Part shown: positions 1 through 6,696 of the stretch, piece after piece
How positions within the stretch are numbered: position 1 is the first letter of the stretch
Layout of the letters: each line of letters starts with the position of its first letter
From: a virus
Taxonomy: Duplodnaviria; Caudoviricetes
Virus record (IMG/VR): IMGVR_UViG_3300044825_001916
Location: 1-63,439 of that record
DNA length: 63,439 nt
Direction: 5' to 3' (one strand)
Program-made: the position numbers and the translations under genes
Notes under the pieces: generated by a model
Told to the model about the DNA's origin: nothing
The model's database searches: none
The model's input: only the letters and a program-made list of their open reading frames with translations

Positions 1-167
1 ACGCGGTTGTCGGGGCCTCGCCAGTTGCCGCCGGCTTTCTTGTATTCCTTCGAGGCCCAGGCGTTCGCATAGGCAGAAGGGTAAACGTCGAACTTGGCCT
101 TGGCCGCCGCCTTCTTGGCGCTCCAGAGCTTCGGGTTCGTCGGCTTCGGAGATCCCGCCTTCGCCAT
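1..167 (-). CDS. small Lys-rich protein (MAKAGSPKPTNP...), 3'-truncated by window edge; allele A
   Basis: Same protein as 56745-56924, with about 6 synonymous SNPs. Confidence 0.75.
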   Translation of the reverse strand, partial: MAKAGSPKPTNPKLWSAKKAAAKAKFDVYPSAYANAWASKEYKKAGGNWRGPDNR

Positions 168-169
168 GG

Positions 170-430
170 TCAGCAGTCCCACTTCCGCAGGGCCAGGGCC
201 TTGCGCGTCGGCCGGCCCTTCTCATCCTTCATGGGGCCGGGAGCCCCGCTCATCCTGGCGCAGAAGGACTTCCGGCGGCCGGCAGCCACCTCGCTCTTCG
301 CTGCCTGCTTGGCCGAGACCGGCGGCTTGATGTCGTGACCCTGAGCCCGCAGAGACGCCCGCCCCTTGGCGTTCAGGCCGCCCTCGGGGTTCTTGCCTTC
401 CTTGCGCTGCCAGGCAGGCGTCTTCGGCAT
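170..430 (-). CDS. small basic phage protein (MPKTPAWQRKEG...RKWDC), allele A
   Basis: ATG at 430 after GGAGAAAG; homolog at 57358-57621. Confidence 0.8.
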   Translation of the reverse strand: MPKTPAWQRKEGKNPEGGLNAKGRASLRAQGHDIKPPVSAKQAAKSEVAAGRRKSFCARMSGAPGPMKDEKGRPTRKALALRKWDC

Positions 431-463
431 CCGCTTTCTCCACACAGGCCGAATAGTTGCGCG

Positions 464-497
464 TCCCGGCCACTCTACCGCATGGGGGTGGCCGGGA
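464..497. promoter_or_regulatory. 10-bp perfect hairpin containing CACTCTACCGCA motif
   Basis: TCCCGGCCAC (464-473) pairs with GTGGCCGGGA (488-497); intergenic. Confidence 0.4.
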
Positions 498-519
498 GCT
501 AGGTCAGAGTTTCCGCGGC

Positions 520-1521
520 CTAGGAGACCTGATTGACCGTCAGGATGACCGCCGGAGCCGCGGGGTAGGCCGGGCTGACGCTCGCCGGGTAGGTCACGAG
601 CGACGTGTGCCCGTCAGGACTGAGCCACTTCATCGTCACCCGATTGCCAGCACTGAGGGGCAAGAAGATGTTCGCCGCGACGATATTTGATGCGGGCGTG
701 CTCTCATTCTCTCGCGACGCGGTCGTGGCCCAGCTGGTGGACGCAGGAACATCCGCCCCGTTGACCGCGAACCAGATGGCAGCCTGGCTCTGGCCGGCGG
801 TGGAGTTGTTCAGCTGCGCGCTGAACGCGAAGTTGTACGTTCCAGCGACGGCCACCGAGACTTCCTGGGTGGCCGTGTTCAGTGTCACCCCGTTGCTGGC
901 GGTCGTCGTATTCAGCTGCAGCAGCGTCGGCGTGTTGGCCACTGCCACCTGCGCGCCGTTCACCGCAGCGCCGGCGAGGTGAGACTTGTTTGGCGAGCCG
1001 GCCGCGCCACGGGTGCAGCCCGTGAACGAGGTGGCCGTGATGCCGGTGTAGGTGATCAGCTCGGCGTCGATGAAGATGGCGCCCACCGCAGAGAAGCCGG
1101 TCGTCGACACGACCGGAATGGTGGTCTGAACGTTGGTGATAGCGCCAGTGAGCGTGGTGCTGTAGTCGAAGTAGAACGCGCCATACTGCGTGTTGATGTC
1201 CGACGGGTCGAGCAGCTCCCAGGTTGGAGCGGCAGACGCGGCCCCGGTGCCCGTCTGCGACAGGAACCTCTTGGTCGTCGTCGTGTTGCCGGCGAGCTTC
1301 GCGAGCGTGTTCGTCGCCGACGCGTACAGCGTATCGCCCAGCGTGTACGTCTCGATGCCAGTGCCCCCCTGCGTAGGGCTCGCCGGGTTCACGTCCAGCA
1401 CCTGCGAAACGTAGTTCGCGGTCGTCACCTGCTTGTTCAGGCCGGCCTGGACGATCGGCGTGATTTCGGTGCCGTCGAGCGTTGCCGCAGCCGGCATCGC
1501 AGAGATTTTCTGGTCGGGCAT
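520..1521 (-). CDS. fibre/spike-like virion protein, allele A only
   Basis: Thr/Gly/Ala-rich; KISAM...PIVQAG N-terminus; GGTG..GDTLYAS repeat shared with 52155-54614; beta-rich C-terminus. Confidence 0.7.
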   Translation of the reverse strand: MPDQKISAMPAAATLDGTEITPIVQAGLNKQVTTANYVSQVLDVNPASPTQGGTGIETYTLGDTLYASATNTLAKLAGNTTTTKRFLSQTGTGAASAAPTWELLDPSDINTQYGAFYFDYSTTLTGAITNVQTTIPVVSTTGFSAVGAIFIDAELITYTGITATSFTGCTRGAAGSPNKSHLAGAAVNGAQVAVANTPTLLQLNTTTASNGVTLNTATQEVSVAVAGTYNFAFSAQLNNSTAGQSQAAIWFAVNGADVPASTSWATTASRENESTPASNIVAANIFLPLSAGNRVTMKWLSPDGHTSLVTYPASVSPAYPAAPAVILTVNQVS

Positions 1522-1760
1522 CAGCAGACCTCCAGGGAGATTTTGCTATCGTCTTCCTGGAAGACGTAGCCGGAGCTTTCCATAAGGATGAAGCACGTCG
1601 TGGGCGGAGTTGGCGGCACGAGGCACGAGTAGGTGTCGACGACGCCGGCTCCTCCGACGTCATCGCCATACCCATTGTTCGTGTCCGCCACGACGCGGAT
1701 CGCGCAGCCTGGCGTGGTTGCTGCCTGGTTTGCGACGCCGGAGTAGCCGACGTAGGCCAC
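1521..1760 (-). CDS. small putative structural/fibre-anchor protein
   Basis: Coupled to neighbours; C-terminal ILMESSGYVFQED resembles the end of 54611-54913. Confidence 0.55.
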   Translation of the reverse strand: MAYVGYSGVANQAATTPGCAIRVVADTNNGYGDDVGGAGVVDTYSCLVPPTPPTTCFILMESSGYVFQEDDSKISLEVC

Positions 1761-1761
1761 C

Positions 1762-2082
1762 TTACTGGATGCCCGCCTGGAGCAGCGTCAGACGCACCGT
1801 GCCGCCGCCGGAATTGACCAGCAGCCGGATCGCCGTCACCGGAAAGGCGTAGTTGCCGTCAGCACTGGCGCCCAGGGCCGCAACGGTGGGGTGATCAAAC
1901 CACGTCGCCGTGCTCGGGTTGAAGGTCGGCGAGAAGACATCGTCGAAGGTATGCTGGACGGTGTAGTTGGCTGTGCCCGTGACAACAGCCGCGAACCCGA
2001 TGTTGAAGGGGCTCGTGTTCAGGTTCATCGGGGACACAGCGGAAGCTCCGACCCCCGTCTGCGTCAGATCAATGCGGCGCAT
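1762..2082 (-). CDS. small beta-rich virion (capsid decoration-like) protein, allele A
   Basis: 106 aa, beta-strand pattern, downstream of capsid gene. Confidence 0.6.
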   Translation of the reverse strand: MRRIDLTQTGVGASAVSPMNLNTSPFNIGFAAVVTGTANYTVQHTFDDVFSPTFNPSTATWFDHPTVAALGASADGNYAFPVTAIRLLVNSGGGTVRLTLLQAGIQ

Positions 2083-2801
2083 CAGCTCGCTCCTGGAGGG
2101 CGTTGGTCGGGGGTTCCGACCGGCTTACAAGATAGCACATAGCTTCGAGCCTTGGCCATTAATGCCTCATCGTCGCCAAAGAGCCCGATTGCGGTGTTGC
2201 AGGCAGAACAAAGCAACCCTCGAACGCGACCCGTTGCATGATCGTGATCCACGGCAAGCGCGACCACTCTACCGCGTATCTCGTTACCTTCCGCCCTTTC
2301 GCATATGGCGCAAACCCCATTTTGGGCTGACAGCATTTGATTGTAATGCTCAATGCTTATGCCGTACTTGCGGCGCAAAAACGCACTTTTGTGATAGCTT
2401 GGATTTGCCGCGCGCATTTTTGCTGAATATTCGCGCATGTAGGCGGCCCGATCTTCGCGCTTTTTTAATTCAACTATAGGCTCTTTCCAGTAAAAGTTAT
2501 CAGCTCCCCACGGCTGTCCAGCATCAATTCTTTGCGCTCTTGCGCGGCCTGTCGGTCTTTCGGGCGTTTCAGCCACAAAGCTCCAAAAATCATCGAGCCA
2601 TTTTTGGGGAGTAGAAAGAAAGTGATATCGTCTTAGGCCGCACCACGCCTTGTACTTTGGGTGTTTTTCTTTTGCGCCCCAGTCTTTGGGCCTCGTTTGG
2701 CCGACATTTCCGTGCCGAGCCAGTCGCTTGCGATGAGTGTCGCACAATCCATTAGAAACAGAAGGTCTTGAGCAATTATGTATGTGGCATTTGGTCGGCA
2801 T
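2082..2801 (-). CDS. free-standing Endonuclease VII-type HNH homing endonuclease
   Basis: RKYGIS...QNGVCAIC...LAVDHDHATGRVRGLLCSACNTAIGLF; low GC. Confidence 0.9.
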   Translation of the reverse strand: MPTKCHIHNCSRPSVSNGLCDTHRKRLARHGNVGQTRPKDWGAKEKHPKYKAWCGLRRYHFLSTPQKWLDDFWSFVAETPERPTGRARAQRIDAGQPWGADNFYWKEPIVELKKREDRAAYMREYSAKMRAANPSYHKSAFLRRKYGISIEHYNQMLSAQNGVCAICERAEGNEIRGRVVALAVDHDHATGRVRGLLCSACNTAIGLFGDDEALMAKARSYVLSCKPVGTPDQRPPGAS

Positions 2802-2866
2802 CTTCTTTGTCCTTCGTGGTAGGGCCGGTTAAGACCCTACCACTTTGGACTAATGCCCGTAAAGGA

Positions 2867-3781
2867 CTACACCCCAGGTGTGCCAAAGACGGTGCGCGGG
2901 TCGGTCCAGCCGAACGCGTAACGCTCGGTGGCCTTGTAGCGCATGCTGTCGGTCTCGAAGTCGCCTTCCATGCTCTTCTCGAGCGAGCGGCGCATCAGCA
3001 GCTTCAGGCCTTCCGGCGCGTCCGTCTGCACCCACCAAGCGGTGGTGGAGGTCAGACGCGACAGGTTGGCCTGGCCGCCGGACAGCAGCCCCATGGAGTT
3101 CACGGGGTTGATGTCGTTGAAGTTCGTGCCGGCACGCAGCACGCTCTTCAGCAGCACTTCCGCCTGGAAGACGTTCGACGGCGACACCACCAGCTTCGTC
3201 GGCTGAAGCCGGATGCGCTTGCCGTTGTTGTCGACGGCGTTGCGGATCTGGACCAGCAGCTGCTCGAGCGACGTCTGCGAGAGGTTCGCAGCGGTCGTGA
3301 GCTGGTTGCTGAACGTGCCGTTCACGATCGGGTGCGCGTTGGACACCAGCGACACGCCGTCGCCGCCAACGAACGCGCCGTTGAACGCGCGGTTCAGGAT
3401 GTTCGCGCCCAGCGTTTCCTTGGTCTCGATCAGCGACTGAGCAAGGTGGCGGGCATAGGTCTGCCCGATCTTGATGTGGTCGCCGTCTTCGACCAGCACC
3501 TTCGTCAGCGCGAAGGCGAGGCCGTAGACCTTGTAGAGGTAGCGCTGGATGAACAGCACACCGCCCGACTGGTAGGTGACCGGGGTGCCGTCCGGCAGCT
3601 CAGGAGCCGCGCCGAAGCCGTACAGGACCGGCTCTTCATGGTAGTTGCGCGGCGTGCCGCGGCTCTCCTTGAAGACCTGCTTGTACTCATCAGCGCGCTG
3701 CTCGTAGATGCCATCGAACTCTTCCGAGATGATGGGCTCAACGATCGACCGAAACTGGGTCGAGTTCATCGGCATTGCCAT
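2867..3781 (-). CDS. major capsid protein
   Basis: 304 aa, strong codon bias, head-cluster position, DFETDSMRYKATERYAFGWTDPR C-terminus. Confidence 0.85.
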   Translation of the reverse strand: MAMPMNSTQFRSIVEPIISEEFDGIYEQRADEYKQVFKESRGTPRNYHEEPVLYGFGAAPELPDGTPVTYQSGGVLFIQRYLYKVYGLAFALTKVLVEDGDHIKIGQTYARHLAQSLIETKETLGANILNRAFNGAFVGGDGVSLVSNAHPIVNGTFSNQLTTAANLSQTSLEQLLVQIRNAVDNNGKRIRLQPTKLVVSPSNVFQAEVLLKSVLRAGTNFNDINPVNSMGLLSGGQANLSRLTSTTAWWVQTDAPEGLKLLMRRSLEKSMEGDFETDSMRYKATERYAFGWTDPRTVFGTPGV

Positions 3782-3795
3782 GGCTCAGGCCCTCC

Positions 3796-4350
3796 TCAGA
3801 ACGGGTTCACGGCAGCCGCGAACTGGTGCTTCGCGATCTTGGCCTGAACGATGGTGAAAGCGTCACCGGGCACGTTGTTGATGTCGGTGGCGATGTTGAG
3901 GACCGCGAGCTGCCCCGCCGTGCTGGCGGAGGTCGTCGCGTTCATCGTCGCTGTGGACATGCCGAGCCCGTTGCTCGCGGTGATGTTCGTGAAGTCGGCC
4001 TGCTGGCCGATTTCCGAAATCGTCACCGGGCCGTCCGCCTGGATCTCGTAGACGATCTCCGGGTCAGACGTGAAGTACGCGACGATGTCGGTCGCGACGG
4101 TGTTCGCGGGCCACACGTTCGAGACCACGCGACGGCCAGTGACCGGCGTGTACTCGCAGCCCTGGAACGAACCCACGAAGGCGTCGCCGATGGCGGCGGC
4201 CTGGAGGGTGCCGTCGGTGCCGATCTTCACAGGCTGGCCCGTGAAGATGTTCGCAGCATAAGCGGAGGCGATAGTGCCGGCCTCCTGACGGATCACCCCC
4301 GAGGGGTGCTTCGCCGGGCGGAGCCCGAACGGTGCGTTAACCGAAGACAT
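3796..4350 (-). CDS. capsid-associated (cement/decoration) protein
   Basis: APFGLRP N-terminus; immediately upstream of capsid gene. Confidence 0.65.
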   Translation of the reverse strand: MSSVNAPFGLRPAKHPSGVIRQEAGTIASAYAANIFTGQPVKIGTDGTLQAAAIGDAFVGSFQGCEYTPVTGRRVVSNVWPANTVATDIVAYFTSDPEIVYEIQADGPVTISEIGQQADFTNITASNGLGMSTATMNATTSASTAGQLAVLNIATDINNVPGDAFTIVQAKIAKHQFAAAVNPF

Positions 4351-4394
4351 CCTATGTCTCTTTCACGCAAGGGGTTGGGGAACCCCACGCTTCT

Positions 4395-4940
4395 CTAGGT
4401 GAAGATGGGCGTGGGAACGTGGCGCCGCATGTCCGCCGTACCATCGCCTTCCATCACGTTCGACCCCATCGCGCGCGCCTGCTCGCGGATCAGGTCGGCC
4501 GTCTCGGCCAGCTTGCCCTCTTCCTCCATTGGCATCTTGTGATGCGCCTCGGCCATGTACCGCTGGTACAGGGACGTGGGCAGCTTGAATGCCAGCATCT
4601 CGTTGACACCGATGAAGCCCTGATATTCGCCCGTCTTCAGAGTGGCATAATCCCAGCCGGGCACGTCCTTCGGGGTGATCGGCTCATATCCGAGACGGAT
4701 GCGAGCCTGGATGGTGTCGCGAGGGTTGGTGGTTGTGAGCCAGCAAACGTGATAGCCGGGGATCTCCGGCAGATCGGGCAGCGCAGACTGCCAGAACGAC
4801 TGGCGGAACATGGACACGCGGTCGTTGTCCGACAGCTCTCGGTCCTGCGTCACAGCGCGATCCTGCATCGCGCGGTCAGACTTGTCCGAGCCCATGCTCT
4901 TCTTCAGGCGTTCGTCGATCGAGTTGGTCATGTCACTCAC
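4395..4940 (-). CDS. conserved head-cluster protein of unknown function
   Basis: IPGYHVCW...GYEP...EMLAFKLP; RBS GGAG. Confidence 0.75.
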   Translation of the reverse strand: MSDMTNSIDERLKKSMGSDKSDRAMQDRAVTQDRELSDNDRVSMFRQSFWQSALPDLPEIPGYHVCWLTTTNPRDTIQARIRLGYEPITPKDVPGWDYATLKTGEYQGFIGVNEMLAFKLPTSLYQRYMAEAHHKMPMEEEGKLAETADLIREQARAMGSNVMEGDGTADMRRHVPTPIFT

Positions 4941-4945
4941 TCCTA

Positions 4946-5854
4946 TCAGCGAGTTGCGTTTCGTTCAGCGTCGGCCATGCGCGCAAGAACTCGCTTGCGC
5001 TTCACGGGGTCATCCCACACGCCAGCCTCGACCATGGCCTGCTTGGCCTCGGGGCTGACGTAGACTTCCCTCTTTGTAGACGACGAAGCATGTTCCCGGC
5101 CACCACCAATTGGCGGGCCGCGACGGGTTGCCGGCCCAGGCTTCTGAGGCGCACCGGCACGGGACGGCAGCCGCTTCTCGACGCGGCGCTGCAGCTCGTC
5201 CCAATATTCAGCCGTGGTCGGATCCCAGCCTTCAGCCGCCAAGCGATTGTCGATCGCGTTGACGATCGCGCTGTCCTCGTCCTTGGCGTCGGGATCGTAC
5301 CAGGGGTTATCTTCCATCCACTCCTGGGCGTGGGTCTTCAGGCGCGGGTCCACGCGCTCCGGCGGGGCGTCGGCGCGCTGGAAGCGGGTCTTCACCGCCG
5401 ACAGCTCGCGGGCCTCGTTGAGCGCCTCGTCCCGGGCCCGGAGGGCCTGGGCGGTGCGGGTGCCGTCGCCGGCCTGCACTGCCTCGGCCAGGACGCGCTC
5501 GGCGTGCTGGGCGCGCAGCTGGGCGGTGGAGAGGCGCTCGTCGACCGCGCGCAGATCCTGCTGGACCGTGCGGCCCTCAAGGGACTGCAGGCGGCGCTCA
5601 AGTTCCTCGTTGCGGCGGCGGAGGACGTCCAGCTCCGCCAGCGTCATCTCTTTGCCCTTGCGGCGGCGCTCGCGGGCCCGGCGGCGCTCCTCACGCCGTG
5701 CCGCACGGACCTCTTCGGAGCCGCCCTCCTCCTGACCGTCCTCGCCTTCGGACCCAGCGGAGAGGCGCTCGTCGCGCTCGTCGCCCTGATCGGGCGGCGT
5801 CTCAACGACGACGATGTCGTCGTCGTCCTTCTCGGTGATCTTCTCGGTACTCAT
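4946..5854 (-). CDS. capsid scaffolding protein
   Basis: Acidic N-terminus, long coiled coil, W...NPWY motif, head-cluster position. Confidence 0.7.
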   Translation of the reverse strand: MSTEKITEKDDDDIVVVETPPDQGDERDERLSAGSEGEDGQEEGGSEEVRAARREERRRARERRRKGKEMTLAELDVLRRRNEELERRLQSLEGRTVQQDLRAVDERLSTAQLRAQHAERVLAEAVQAGDGTRTAQALRARDEALNEARELSAVKTRFQRADAPPERVDPRLKTHAQEWMEDNPWYDPDAKDEDSAIVNAIDNRLAAEGWDPTTAEYWDELQRRVEKRLPSRAGAPQKPGPATRRGPPIGGGREHASSSTKREVYVSPEAKQAMVEAGVWDDPVKRKRVLARMADAERNATR

Positions 5855-5877
5855 GCTCGGCTCCTTTCAGCCAAACG

Positions 5878-6306
5878 TCAGATGAAAGCCTTGATGGCCA
5901 GCGGGTCGCCGGTCACCTTTCCGATCACGTCGAGGTCGTTGAAGATCACGAACATCGCCGGCTCGTCGCGGTTCTCAGTGGGCACTTCCCACCGATCGCC
6001 GCCGTACTTGGGCACGCGCACGAAGTCGCCAGGGCCGCACCATGCGCCCTCTTTCCACTCCTGCATGGTGTCGCGGTTGCGGAAGGCGAGCGGTCCCATG
6101 GCGACAACCTTCGCCACCTGGGTGTTCCACTTCTCCGTGTCCTTGGTCTCGGACGTCAGGATGATGCCGCCCGCGCTCTTCATCTTCGGGGTTCGGATCT
6201 GCACCAGGATCCGCGATCCTGCTGGTTCCACGCCCGGATCCGCGGCCGGAAATGCCTGCCGCAGGCGCTCAGTAGACTGGTTTTCCGACGTGACGCTCGA
6301 TGCCAC
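5878..6306 (-). CDS. groES: phage co-chaperonin GroES/Cpn10
   Basis: PAGSRILV...KSAGGIIL...AKVVAMGP...GDFV..PKYGG...NDLDVI; GTG start after GAGGAG. Confidence 0.85.
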   Translation of the reverse strand: MASSVTSENQSTERLRQAFPAADPGVEPAGSRILVQIRTPKMKSAGGIILTSETKDTEKWNTQVAKVVAMGPLAFRNRDTMQEWKEGAWCGPGDFVRVPKYGGDRWEVPTENRDEPAMFVIFNDLDVIGKVTGDPLAIKAFI

Positions 6307-6493
6307 CGTCCATCTCCTCAAGACGATCTCCGATTGCCATTTCGACAACCTCGATCGCGCGTTGCAGACCGGCGTACATGCCGGTCACCCTCCCGTACTC
6401 GAACGCATCGCGTCCTGCCGGGCTGCTCATGGCCTGATGAGCGATCTCGTTGAGTTCGCGCTTCAGGGCGGACAATATCCGCACTTCTGACAT
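6269..6493 (-). CDS. small helical head-cluster protein
   Basis: AFEYGRVTGMYAGLQRA motif; upstream of groES. Confidence 0.65.
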   Translation of the reverse strand: MSEVRILSALKRELNEIAHQAMSSPAGRDAFEYGRVTGMYAGLQRAIEVVEMAIGDRLEEMDGGIERHVGKPVY

Positions 6494-6532
6494 TATGGTG
6501 CCGCCAAGCAGGACGCAAGCATCGCTCTGGGA

Positions 6533-6685
6533 TTACTTCGCGGGAGCCTTGCCGCCGCCGGAGGATTTGCCGTTGGTCGAGCGGATTGGCGCCTTCGGCA
6601 TGTTGGTCTTGTTGCCCGTCATGGGGTTGTTGCCCATGGCGAGGTTCTTGCGCAGCGGGATCAGGTTGGCGTTCGGGGTCTTCAT
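6533..6685 (-). CDS. small basic protein (50 aa, MKTPNANLIPLRK...), not in ORF track
   Basis: ATG at 6685 after AAGGAGAG, TAA at 6533. Confidence 0.65.
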   Translation of the reverse strand: MKTPNANLIPLRKNLAMGNNPMTGNKTNMPKAPIRSTNGKSSGGGKAPAK

Positions 6686-6696
6686 GGCACTCTCCT

